Shown here in pieces: positions 21,374 to 30,750 of a stretch of 64,000 nt of DNA. Within the stretch, counting starts at the first letter, position 1. Every line of letters starts with the position of its first letter. The notes beneath the pieces are model-generated. The model was not told the origin of the DNA, ran no database searches, and saw nothing but the letters and a program-made list of their open reading frames with translations. The position numbers and the translations under genes are program-made. Origin of the DNA: Candidatus Heimdallarchaeum endolithica (GTDB taxonomy: Archaea; Asgardarchaeota; Heimdallarchaeia; Heimdallarchaeales; Heimdallarchaeaceae); assembly GCA_021513715.1 (NCBI GenBank), contig CP084167.1, forward strand, positions 672,001-736,000, read 5' to 3'.

Positions 21374-21943
21374 TTACTTTTGATTTGATTTATCTCTGAT
21401 ACTTCTTCCAAGAATTTCAAAGGCTCTATCGATATTTAATCCAGTCTTTGCGCTTGTTTCTAAACAATAATTAATTACACCATACCTCTGTGTACGAAGA
21501 TTTAGTTCAGTAACATACTTTTGAACTTGTTTGAACTTAACACTCTTTCTATCTCTTAAATCACTTTTATTTGCAAGAACGACAACAGGTACCACTCCTG
21601 AACCGTTGAATTTGTAAAGTTCATTTAACCACATTGGTAGATTTTGAAAAGAAGAAGGACGAGTTATATCAAAGACAAGTAAGGCACCTTGTGCTCCTTT
21701 ATAAAAACGTGCTCTAACTTGCTCAAACATCTGTTGTCCTGCAAGATCCCAAATTTGAAATTTCCACTTCTCATTAGGAATGATTTCTTTGTCTATTGTT
21801 GAAAAATCTGCCCCAAGTGTCATAAGATGACTGGTATTAAATCCGTATCCCATATATTGCATTCTAATAGAAGTTTTTCCTACTGCACCATCACCAATAA
21901 GAACGATTTTGAAAATAAACAGTTTTTCTGTCATGAAGTTCAA
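21374..21943 (-). CDS. Rab-like small GTPase
   Basis: GDGAVGKT, TLGADF, WDLAGQ, NKSD, ETSAK; no C-terminal Cys motif. Confidence 0.93.
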   Translation of the reverse strand: MNFMTEKLFIFKIVLIGDGAVGKTSIRMQYMGYGFNTSHLMTLGADFSTIDKEIIPNEKWKFQIWDLAGQQMFEQVRARFYKGAQGALLVFDITRPSSFQNLPMWLNELYKFNGSGVVPVVVLANKSDLRDRKSVKFKQVQKYVTELNLRTQRYGVINYCLETSAKTGLNIDRAFEILGRSIRDKSNQK

Positions 21944-22083
21944 CCAATATCTCTGTTAATCTTTTTTTCCTAATATATTCTCCTTATTCCATGTTTAAAT
22001 TTTTTTATCTAGGAAACTTCGTTCAAAAAAAAGTTTAAAAATAACATTTAAAAATAAACATCAAAAAGAGCAGAAGAGAAAGA

Positions 22084-23337
22084 ATGTCGAGGATACATAG
22101 TAAAAATCCTATTGCTTCATTAAGTATTTTGATTTTTGGTCATTTTCTCAACCATTTCTATGCTTATGTGTTTGGTGCAGCAATGTTTGTGATAAGAAAT
22201 GATATAGTTATGAACAATAAACAAATTGGATTATTAGCAACTATTCAAATGGTAGTTTTTGCACTTTGCACTTTTATTGTAGGAGTGTTGGGAGATAAAT
22301 GGTTAGCAAGTAAAAAACTGTTTGTACCCGTAGGTATTTTCTTTATGGCACTACATCTGATAGTTGCATCAATAGCTCAAAGATATATCGTTCTTGCAAT
22401 TGCAGCAGCGATTGTAGGTTTTGGTGCTTCTTTTTATCATCCTGTAGCCTATGCAGCAATAGCAGATCTCTATGAAGATAAAAAAGGATTGACTATGGCT
22501 CTAAATGCTGCTTTAGGAATGATTGGAACAGCTCTTACACCAGGAATAATTGCTTCATTTAGCGAGTGGATTGGATGGAGAAAATTCTTTCTATACTTTG
22601 GTCTGGGCGCAATAGTTTTAACTTTTCTAATGTTTATAGGATTTAATAGACTAATAGACTATAGCTTTGAAAAAGAAGAATTAGAACAAATAGAAAAAAG
22701 AAGAAATTCAATGACAATGAAAGAAAGAATAATCTATTGGCTAAAATTTGAATTTCTAGCTATTCTAACTTTAGCTGTAATAACATGCTTGGCCTATTCT
22801 TCGCTTAGATCTGGCTTATACAAAATAGTGACACAGTTTTTAAGTATTATATTTGTAGATTACTATGATTATAACATATTAAATGCTGGTTGGTTATCAT
22901 CAGTAATGCTGATAATAGGTGGATTAACTGCCATTTTTGGAGGAATATTGAGCGATAAGAAAAATACTCCGTTAACTATGTTTATTTCTTTATTTGGTTC
23001 TACAATATCGATTTTGCTTATTTTTCTATTAGGCAAAAATACAGGAACTTGGGGAATAATAATTCTTTATTTTTCATTTATAGCTTTCTTACACTTCAGT
23101 AGTGCTGCAAGTACAAAATTTGTAACAGAGGAAGTACATCAAAAAAGTAGATCTACAGCTCTCGGTTTCTTGTTTGCGATTCCTAATACACTTGCAGCTA
23201 TATTTCCTTGGTCATTTGGATACTTTATGGATAACTCACCGTTTGATATAACACTAATCTATCTGTTCTTCATTGCCTTAGTTGCAACAATGTTAACAAT
23301 TATATTATTTGCGCGAGAGCTAAAAAAGAAAAAATAA
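22084..23337 (+). CDS. MFS transporter
   Basis: About 12 TM; GVLGDKW and GILSDKK loops; GASFYHP. Confidence 0.88.
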   Translation: MSRIHSKNPIASLSILIFGHFLNHFYAYVFGAAMFVIRNDIVMNNKQIGLLATIQMVVFALCTFIVGVLGDKWLASKKLFVPVGIFFMALHLIVASIAQRYIVLAIAAAIVGFGASFYHPVAYAAIADLYEDKKGLTMALNAALGMIGTALTPGIIASFSEWIGWRKFFLYFGLGAIVLTFLMFIGFNRLIDYSFEKEELEQIEKRRNSMTMKERIIYWLKFEFLAILTLAVITCLAYSSLRSGLYKIVTQFLSIIFVDYYDYNILNAGWLSSVMLIIGGLTAIFGGILSDKKNTPLTMFISLFGSTISILLIFLLGKNTGTWGIIILYFSFIAFLHFSSAASTKFVTEEVHQKSRSTALGFLFAIPNTLAAIFPWSFGYFMDNSPFDITLIYLFFIALVATMLTIILFARELKKKK

Positions 23338-23471
23338 TGTGAATTTCGAATTACTTTTATTTTTTTTTATAATAATAATATTCAACCAAGCTGTCTTATT
23401 TCTATGTTGAATAAAACAAAAAAGACTAATAAAAAAGAATATTAGTAAAAAAAGAAGAAAAATTAAGCTAA

Positions 23472-26400
23472 CTATAATTTTCCTTCATTTGAGCGCTCAA
23501 AAGATGAGAATTCATTAAGAAGGCGGTCAATAGCTTCTGTGATTTCTTCTTTACTACCTGATGCAAAAGTGAAAATAACCATTTCTCCATCTATCACAAG
23601 GAGATCTTCAGGAAGGGTAACTAACCATCTATACAATGCCCCACGATTAGTGAATTCTAATGCATCCACTAAATCTTGAATAGACACTTTTTTAGCTCTT
23701 TTTGCTAGTCCTCCTAAAGTATTTCTTCTTTTAATAGACATTTGCCATTCAGCAAAAGAATCAAATCCTTCATTTAACGCTTGTTGATATGTAGGATAAT
23801 CTGGAAAACCATTTTTACTTGCTTTGCTTGCAGAAGTAAAATCAGGAGCTTTCATTTTCTTAACAAAAATTAACCCATTTTTATTTTCAGCGCCTAGTTT
23901 TTGAGCTTCTTCATATTCTTCATAATTAGAAAAACCACCATCTTTTATCTTTTTAGCAATATCATAACTAGGAGCCCCTAACTTCTTCGTTAGTTCAAAT
24001 CTTTCTTTATTTTCAGCGCCTAGTTTTTGAGCTTCTTCATATTCTTCATAATTAGAAAAACCACCATCTTTTATCTTTTTAGCAATATCATAACTAGGAG
24101 CATTAGTTTGTAAAATTTCTAAATTCATTTTTCTTTTATTTAAACGGTAGCGAATGAAAAATACCAAGCCAACTATAAATAATAAAAATAATGATCCGAT
24201 AGGAATAATGTAAAATTTTAAAGGGTTAGAACTTGATTTTAAGGGATTTGTATTAAATATTAACTCTATTTTATCGGAAAATCCATCGTTGTCTGTGTCT
24301 GTGTCTGTAGGGTCAGTATAATAAGTATTTACTTCTTCTTCATCAGTTAACCCATCGTTGTCTGTGTCTGTGTCTGTAGGGTCAGTATAATAAGTATATT
24401 CTTCTATGTTAGTTAGCCCATCATTATCATCATCTTCGTTTGCGTTACTTGTTAATGGGTCTAAATTGTAAAGTACTTCCCACCCATCTGGCATTCCATC
24501 ATTGTCTGTGTCTGTGTCTGTAGGGTCAGTATAATAAGTATATTCTTCTATGTTAGTTAGCCCATCATTATCATCATCTTCGTTTGCGTTACTTGTTAAT
24601 GGGTCTAAATTATAAAGTACTTCCCATCCATCTGGCATTCCATCATTGTCTGTGTCTGTGTCTGTAGGGTCAGTATAATAAGTATATTCTTCTATGTTAG
24701 TTAGCCCATCATTATCATCATCTTCGTTTGCGTTACTTGTTAATGGGTCTAAATTATAAAGTACTTCCCATCCATCTGGCATTCCATCATTGTCTGTGTC
24801 TGTGTCTGTAGGGTCAGTATAATAAGTATATTCTTCTATGTTAGTTAGCCCATCATTATCATCATCTTCGTTTGCGTTACTTGTTAATGGGTCTAAATTG
24901 TAAAGTACTTCCCATCCATCTGGCATTCCATCATTGTCTGTGTCTGTGTCTGTAGGGTCAGTATAATAAGTATATTCTTCTATGTTAGTTAGCCCATCAT
25001 TATCATCATCTTCGTTTGCGTTACTTGTTAATGGGTCTAAATTGTAAAGTACTTCCCATCCATCTGACATTCCATCTTCATCAGTATCAGCTTTTTTGGG
25101 ATTTGTACCTAAGTAATCTTCCAAAAAGGAGGATAAACTATCATTGTCAGGGTCTACATCTGCTAAATTATTTGTTCTGGAAAAGTTTCCTGTTCCACTT
25201 AAACCCTGCCAAAAAACATTAATACCTGAAGGTTCAAATTCTAAAGCATAAATACTATAGTCAAAACTGCCTATTAATAAATCTAGTTTTCCATCCCCAT
25301 TTATATCTGCGATAGCAGGAGAAGAGTCGATATCTCCACCTGTTGTGTATGACCATATTACTGTCCCATTTTGCCCATTAAGAACATAAATCCTGTCATC
25401 TTTACTTCCTATTATTACATCTAGTTTTCTATCCCCATTTATATCTGCGATAGCAGGAGAAGAGTCGATATCTCCACCTGTTGTGTATGACCATATTACT
25501 GTCCCATTTTGCCCATTAAGAACATAAATCCTGTCATCTCTACTTCCTATTATTACATCTAGTTTTCTATCTCCATTTATATCTGCGATAGCAGGTGAAG
25601 AGTAAATAACTCCACCTGTTGTGTATGACCATATTACTGTCCCATTTTCCCCATTAAGAGCATAGACTAAGCTATCATAACTTCCTATTATTACATCTAG
25701 TTTTCCATCCCCATTTATATCTGCGATAGCAGGAGAAGCGCAGATATCATATCCTGTTATATATGACCATATTACTGTCCCATTTTCCCCATTAAGAACA
25801 TAAATCCTGTCATCTCTACTTCCTATTATTACATCTAGTTTTCCATCCCCATTTATATCTGCGATAGCAGGAGAAGAGTCGATATCTCCACCTGTTGTGT
25901 ATGACCATATTACTGTCCCATTTTGCCCATTAAGAACATAAATCCTGTCATCTTTACTTCCTATTATTACATCTAGTTTTCCATCCCCATTTATATCTGC
26001 GATAGCAGGAGAAGAGTCGATATCATATCCTGTTGTGTATGACCATATTACTGTCCCATTTTCCCCATTAAGAACATAAATCCTGTCATCTCTACTTCCT
26101 ATTATTACATCTAGTTTTCCATCCCCATTTATATCTGCGATAGCAGGAGAAGAGTGAATAGCAGCACCTGTTGTGTATGACCATTCTAATAAACCAAATT
26201 TTCCTATAACATATATTGTATTATCAACGCTACCTACAATTACTTCTGTAACTCCATCATTGTCTATATCCGCTGCAGAACATGAAGAAACAATATAATT
26301 GTTAGTTTTGTAGTACCAAAGTCGATTAGAAGTCAATGAATTTACCGAACTAGAGAGAGATATCTGCTGTTCTGATAATGGTAAGGAATAACTAAAACTT

Positions 26401-26597
26401 GGTAAATAAAATGAATCTGTGGACTGTTTAACTGAGGTCAAATTATCTTGTGAATTTGTTGTTGTAATATCTTGATAATTTGATAACACTAATAATACAA
26501 TAAGCGTTGTAGATAAAATTATTCTCTTTTTTATAATAAAATTGAATAGCTCATCAAAAATATGACGCCATATTTCATTTTTTTTTGAATTAATCAT
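23472..26597 (-). CDS. Surface protein: FG-GAP-like beta-propeller, Ca-binding Asp-rich repeats, TM, cytoplasmic tail
   Basis: ADINGDGKLD blades, DTDNDG repeats, TM FYIIPIGSLFLLFIVGLVFFI. Confidence 0.85.
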   Translation of the reverse strand: MINSKKNEIWRHIFDELFNFIIKKRIILSTTLIVLLVLSNYQDITTTNSQDNLTSVKQSTDSFYLPSFSYSLPLSEQQISLSSSVNSLTSNRLWYYKTNNYIVSSCSAADIDNDGVTEVIVGSVDNTIYVIGKFGLLEWSYTTGAAIHSSPAIADINGDGKLDVIIGSRDDRIYVLNGENGTVIWSYTTGYDIDSSPAIADINGDGKLDVIIGSKDDRIYVLNGQNGTVIWSYTTGGDIDSSPAIADINGDGKLDVIIGSRDDRIYVLNGENGTVIWSYITGYDICASPAIADINGDGKLDVIIGSYDSLVYALNGENGTVIWSYTTGGVIYSSPAIADINGDRKLDVIIGSRDDRIYVLNGQNGTVIWSYTTGGDIDSSPAIADINGDRKLDVIIGSKDDRIYVLNGQNGTVIWSYTTGGDIDSSPAIADINGDGKLDLLIGSFDYSIYALEFEPSGINVFWQGLSGTGNFSRTNNLADVDPDNDSLSSFLEDYLGTNPKKADTDEDGMSDGWEVLYNLDPLTSNANEDDDNDGLTNIEEYTYYTDPTDTDTDNDGMPDGWEVLYNLDPLTSNANEDDDNDGLTNIEEYTYYTDPTDTDTDNDGMPDGWEVLYNLDPLTSNANEDDDNDGLTNIEEYTYYTDPTDTDTDNDGMPDGWEVLYNLDPLTSNANEDDDNDGLTNIEEYTYYTDPTDTDTDNDGMPDGWEVLYNLDPLTSNANEDDDNDGLTNIEEYTYYTDPTDTDTDNDGLTDEEEVNTYYTDPTDTDTDNDGFSDKIELIFNTNPLKSSSNPLKFYIIPIGSLFLLFIVGLVFFIRYRLNKRKMNLEILQTNAPSYDIAKKIKDGGFSNYEEYEEAQKLGAENKERFELTKKLGAPSYDIAKKIKDGGFSNYEEYEEAQKLGAENKNGLIFVKKMKAPDFTSASKASKNGFPDYPTYQQALNEGFDSFAEWQMSIKRRNTLGGLAKRAKKVSIQDLVDALEFTNRGALYRWLVTLPEDLLVIDGEMVIFTFASGSKEEITEAIDRLLNEFSSFERSNEGKL
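23881..24102 (-). repeat. Intragenic 126-bp-period duplication (APSYDIAKKIKDGGFSNYEEYEEAQKLGAENK x2)
   Basis: Identical DNA starting at 23881 and 24007. Confidence 0.9.
24350..25070 (-). repeat. 144-bp (48-aa) tandem repeat x5, near identical
   Basis: CATTCCATCATTGTCTGTG recurs at 24492, 24636, 24780, 24924. Confidence 0.95.
25240..26185 (-). repeat. 138-bp (46-aa) tandem repeat x7 (propeller blades)
   Basis: WSYTTG..I.SSPAIADINGDGKLDVIIGS.DDRIYVLNG.NGTVI units; an eighth diverged blade precedes them. Confidence 0.95.
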
Positions 26598-26716
26598 ATT
26601 TATAACCTTTACATTTATATATTACAGATTCTCTGTTAAGAACTGCTTATTTATAAGTTGTAAATAATAAAGTGAAAACAAATATAAATAATTTACTTAA
26701 TTTTTTCTCGGTTCTT

Positions 26717-26838
26717 TGTTCACTCAATAGACTTGGATTACACTTTTGGGCACTAGAGAAACATAGGGGTGATTCATAAATTTTTCTCCAGGAGTAAGGA
26801 GGTTAAGAGACTAATGAGGTCAACTAAAATTGTAGTAA
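26717..26838 (-). mobile_element. IS481-like right-end remnant
   Basis: Reverse complement of about 30630-30750, starting TGTTCACTCAATAGACTTGG. Confidence 0.9.
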
Positions 26839-26848
26839 AAAAGTAAAT

Positions 26849-27143
26849 CATGTCTAAAAAGTCTATTTCTTGACTTACACTGCCTGAAGGAGCAAAAGGT
26901 AATTGTAGCAGATTAGAGGACTGTAGAAAGTATTAAGGACACAAGAAGGTAAACGATCAAGGATAGGGGAAGAGAGATTTTGAGGAAACCGAAAACATGT
27001 TCAACACTACTACGATATTCAGGGTGATGATTATAGTTATTGAGACCAGAATAAAGACGATGAGCATGGTCTTATCCCTATTATTTATCCTAAAACTAAC
27101 GCTCGTTATTCTGGTTATCCACCATTTGTATCTATAGTCCATG
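26849..27143 (-). mobile_element. IS5-like right-end remnant with an internal inverted segment (27065-27143)
   Basis: 26849-27068 is the reverse complement of about 35360-35577; 27065-27143 reads forward HGLIPIIYPKTNARY, matching HSFFPVIPPKSNARY. Confidence 0.85.
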
Positions 27144-27522
27144 AGTTGAAATTTTACGTAATTTCTTCAGGACTCTCCCCAACCAATCAACAAACTTAGC
27201 GAAAGTTGTGAAGACTGGCTTAAGAGAACATGAAAGACACAGTCTTAATTAAGTTCTCTAAGGGGTTCATCTCCTTATCCCGGGCACTCATAACTCCCAA
27301 AGGGAAGACCGGGTGTCGTAGGAGTGAAACCTACGTCTTTAAGCATATAGCTCAAGACACTAGATAAATTAGAATTAAATATATAAAGATAGCTGAAAAG
27401 TTGTGACACTCCCTAATATCGTGTATGTATTCTTTATTTTTGCAAATGTGTTTCAGGTTGTTATTGGTCTGATAACTCCACAAACTAAAAATTTAGTTTA
27501 TTACGTAAAAAAGTATCTCATG
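27140..27522. mobile_element. Non-coding CATG-ended mini-element (MITE-like) with structured interior
   Basis: Ends CATGAGTTGAAATTTTACGTAA and TTACGTAAAAAAGTATCTCATG. Confidence 0.75.
27190..27360. ncRNA. Putative structured RNA, strand undetermined
   Basis: AAGACTG/CAGTCTT, AGAGAAC/GTTCTCT, CCCGG/CCGGG, TCCC/GGGA, CGTAGG/CCTACG, GTGTC/GACAC. Confidence 0.55.
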
Positions 27523-28471
27523 GACATAGTAGGTCCTACAGCTGAAATTAATGAATTAAGTGTTATTACAAAAACAGGTGATATTAGTGTTAATTCACAC
27601 ACTACTGAAAATGTTACAATTAACAACATTATGCTTATTTCAACTACAGGTATTATTCATTTTAGTTTAAGTGATGAAGGAATAAATTATATAAGCAATG
27701 CTCTTTCAACCACTACTACAGGAAAGATAGAGTTCGATTTTGGAAATAATTGCACTTACAACGGAACAGAAATTAACCTTTCAACAACAACAGGAAAAAT
27801 AGTTGTTTATTGTACAAATATGAATTACTTAGTCAATGTATCGTGGTTAATTTCTACAACTACTGGTTCTGTTTATGCAAATATTACTCAAGATTTTATT
27901 ATTGAAAATCAATTACAAGTTTCGTTTTTCATTACAGTAAATACTGGTTCAATAGAAGTATTAACTACTTTTCATGAAGAGCTTTTTTGTACATTTTTGT
28001 CAAATTAAAAAATTGGTGTTTAAATAGTGAAAAGACATTATTAATGTAGAGAGTGAAAAAAAAAGATAGATGTTAAGAAAAATACTTACTCTCTAAGCTG
28101 GCACGGCGTGTCAGGATAAAAAAAACATGCGCATAAAGAAAGAAATCAAAGAAAATTTGAATACGACTTAACTTTCCCGTGTGAGAGGATTTATTCATCC
28201 AGTTTCCACGGTGGAGGAGTGCTCAACCTTCTCCTCTGGCTCAATGAGTGTTTAGATCTCCCTCCTAGACAGATCTTTCCGAGAGCAAGATTGGCGTACA
28301 AAAATATTGTACAAAAATTAAGTTGATGAAGATATAGGCTACCTTTTTGAAGCAAATACAGCTACAGGTACAATAAGCATTCCTAGTCAATCAACAAACT
28401 ATGATACAGCTCTTAACAAATACTATTTCTCTCTGCACACCAGTACTGGAGACATAAAAGCAGAGGTATAA
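27519..28471 (+). pseudogene. DUF4097-like beta-strand repeat gene, 5' end lost and interrupted by the 27973-28328 insertion
   Basis: Repeated TTTG.I motifs; removing the insert restores TFHEDIGYLFEANTATGTISI...TSTGDIKAEV*. Confidence 0.75.
27973..28328 (+). mobile_element. Internally deleted CATG-ended element
   Basis: CATG-AAGAGCTT-TTTTGTACAT and TTGTACAAAA-ATTAAGTT-GATG ends; shares GGTkTTTAAATA with the left end at 37144. Confidence 0.75.
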
Positions 28472-28546
28472 TCTACTACTTCTTTTTTTTGTTTTTTCTT
28501 TTCTAACTTACAATAAATTAAAAAATGAACAAATAATTTTTTTTCT

Positions 28547-29692
28547 ATGAACGAAAAATACATCGATCAAATCAGAGCAAATTCTCCGACTTTAAATCAA
28601 GTAACTTTTTTAAATCATGCAAGTACAGCACCCTTACACGGTAGAACACAGCAAGCGTTTCATGATTATTTGAATCAGTGGTCTAAGTATGATTTTGCTG
28701 AATCCAAAGAAAAGAGTCAACTAGCTCGTGAGGAATTTGCTAAACTAATTGGTGCTTCAAAGGAAGAAATACTTTTTACTTCTGATGTTACTCAAGGTAC
28801 CAATCTTGCCGTTCATATGTTAGATTATGATGAAAAAAGTAACATTGTATGTTATTGGAATGATTATGCAGGACAAGTACATAGTGCTCTTTTCTTAAAT
28901 AAAAAGAAAAAAATAGAATATCGTCCAGTCCCAGATCGTGAAGGTTACATTTATCCTGATGACTTTGCTGAAAAAATAGATAAGAATACTAAAATTGTTC
29001 TTTTGTCTCATGTTCAATGGATTACTGGGTTTAAATCTGATATCAAAGAAATAACTAAAATTGCTCATGAAAATGGTGCCATGATTCTTGTAGATGTTAT
29101 TCAGAGTTCAGGTGTGCTCGAGATTGATGTTAAAGACTGGGATGTTGATTTTCTTACTTCAGGAGTAGCTAAATGGCTTTTAGGACCAAATCAAGCAGGT
29201 TTCTTTTACATGAAAAAAAAGTTAATTGATGAATACGATCCACCTTTACCTGGTTACCAAGGAGCTGATTACGGCTCGATTGACTCACCTTATTGGAATG
29301 TTAAACAGATAGAATATAGAGAAGGTATTGACAAGTTTCAAATTGCAAATATTGGACCAATGATGTATCAGATTGCATATGAAGGTATGAAAATAATCAC
29401 TGAATATGGAATAAAAAAGGTGGAAAAAAGAGTTTTAGATTTAACTTCTTACCTTATCGAGAGAATTCAAGAACTTGGCAATTATGAGTTTTTAAGTCCT
29501 ATTGAAGATAAATACAGAGCTGGAATTGTTAATTTCAAAGTTGAAAACAACATTGAGATAGCTAAAAAACTTTCTGAAGAAAAAGTAGTTGTTTCTTCAA
29601 GATATGGAGGAATCAGGATTAGTCCTCATTTTTATAATACCAAAGAAGACTTAGACAAATTTATAGAATTATTTAAGGCAATCAAAAAATAG
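28547..29692 (+). CDS. Class V PLP aminotransferase / cysteine desulfurase-like
   Basis: FLNHASTAP, SHVQWITG, DVIQS, AKWLLGP, RISPHFYNT. Confidence 0.9.
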   Translation: MNEKYIDQIRANSPTLNQVTFLNHASTAPLHGRTQQAFHDYLNQWSKYDFAESKEKSQLAREEFAKLIGASKEEILFTSDVTQGTNLAVHMLDYDEKSNIVCYWNDYAGQVHSALFLNKKKKIEYRPVPDREGYIYPDDFAEKIDKNTKIVLLSHVQWITGFKSDIKEITKIAHENGAMILVDVIQSSGVLEIDVKDWDVDFLTSGVAKWLLGPNQAGFFYMKKKLIDEYDPPLPGYQGADYGSIDSPYWNVKQIEYREGIDKFQIANIGPMMYQIAYEGMKIITEYGIKKVEKRVLDLTSYLIERIQELGNYEFLSPIEDKYRAGIVNFKVENNIEIAKKLSEEKVVVSSRYGGIRISPHFYNTKEDLDKFIELFKAIKK

Positions 29693-29740
29693 ACTTAAAT
29701 TCGCTCTATCTTACTTTTTTTGAACTCACTTATTTCTCTG

Positions 29741-30750
29741 TGTATACTCCACTCACATTGGTAACAAATAAATAGAAGTGGGTTACGTGGGTAAGTGATT
29801 AAATATGAATAAGACCGAACGTAACCTGGAGAAACTAAGAAAAATTGTAGTTAAAAAAGCTTTGGAAGGAGAGAAGATAAAAGAGATAGCTCACAAGTAT
29901 ATGGTGAGTAGGAAGTTTGTGTATAAGTGGTTGAAGAGGTTCAGAGAGAACCCTGAAGGAGAATGGTGGAAAGATAGATCCTCCAGACCAAAAACTATAC
30001 ACAGGAAAGTGGATGAGGAGTTAAAAGAGAGGATAAGGGAGTTAAGAATAAAACAAGGAATGAATGTGGAGAAGATAGCTTATTTGTTGAAGAGAGAAGG
30101 AAAAGCACTCTCTCAGACGACAGTGACGAAAGTAATAAAAGAGTTAGGTCTTCCTTTATGGGTCAATAGAAAAAAGAGGAAGAGACCTCGATACAAGAGT
30201 TTTGAACGTCAAAAACCTAACGAACTCTGGCAAATAGATGTGAAAGGACCATTCTGGGTAGAAGAACAGGGACAACATCTCCATCTCATAACCTTGATAG
30301 ACGACCACTCACGATTCTGTCTGGGAGCTAAATTCCACCCTTTTGCACCAAAAAAAGAGCAGATAATAAATCTACTAGAGGAAGCAATAAAAGAGTACGG
30401 TTACCCCGAGTCTATCCTCACGGACAATGGAGCACTCTTCTCTTCCGTTAGAGGAGGAACAAGTACCTTCTCCCGTTGGTGTCAAACAGAAGGAATAAAA
30501 CACATCAGAGCTAGAGTTTTTCACCCCGAAACATGTGGAAAAGTAGAAAGACTACATGGGACAATCATCCGTGAGATGGAAAGATTAGGTCTAAAATACT
30601 GCAACCCCGACCTCTCCTACTACCGCTCTTACTACAATTTTAGTCGTCCTCACCAATCTCTTAACTTCCTCACCCCAGGAGAAAGATTTATGAATCACCC
30701 CTATGTTTCTCTAGTACCCAAAAGTGTAACCCAAGTCTATTGAGTAAACA
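29741..30750 (+). mobile_element. Intact IS481-like element, 1010 bp, 16-bp target duplication
   Basis: TGT...ACA ends with imperfect IR; CTCACTTATTTCTCTG at 29725-29740 and 30751-30766. Confidence 0.93.
29805..30743 (+). CDS. IS481-family DDE transposase
   Basis: N-terminal HTH, WQID, DDHSR, LTDNG, GKVER, YNFSRPHQSL. Confidence 0.95.
   Translation: MNKTERNLEKLRKIVVKKALEGEKIKEIAHKYMVSRKFVYKWLKRFRENPEGEWWKDRSSRPKTIHRKVDEELKERIRELRIKQGMNVEKIAYLLKREGKALSQTTVTKVIKELGLPLWVNRKKRKRPRYKSFERQKPNELWQIDVKGPFWVEEQGQHLHLITLIDDHSRFCLGAKFHPFAPKKEQIINLLEEAIKEYGYPESILTDNGALFSSVRGGTSTFSRWCQTEGIKHIRARVFHPETCGKVERLHGTIIREMERLGLKYCNPDLSYYRSYYNFSRPHQSLNFLTPGERFMNHPYVSLVPKSVTQVY

Noticed and set aside
24350-26185. 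Possible CRISPR array
   Set aside because: The repeats are contiguous 138/144-bp in-frame coding units with no unique spacers, and there are no cas genes.
27403-27518. N-terminus of the called 201-aa ORF
   Set aside because: It lies within the mini-element; the repeat-protein sequence starts only after CATG 27519.
19369-28328. CATG junctions as NlaIII ligation artefacts (Hi-C/Pore-C chimeras)
   Set aside because: Random ligation would not place a conserved box at a fixed 8-bp distance, would not restore host reading frames, and would not include a mutated GATG end. A raw-read check is still advisable.
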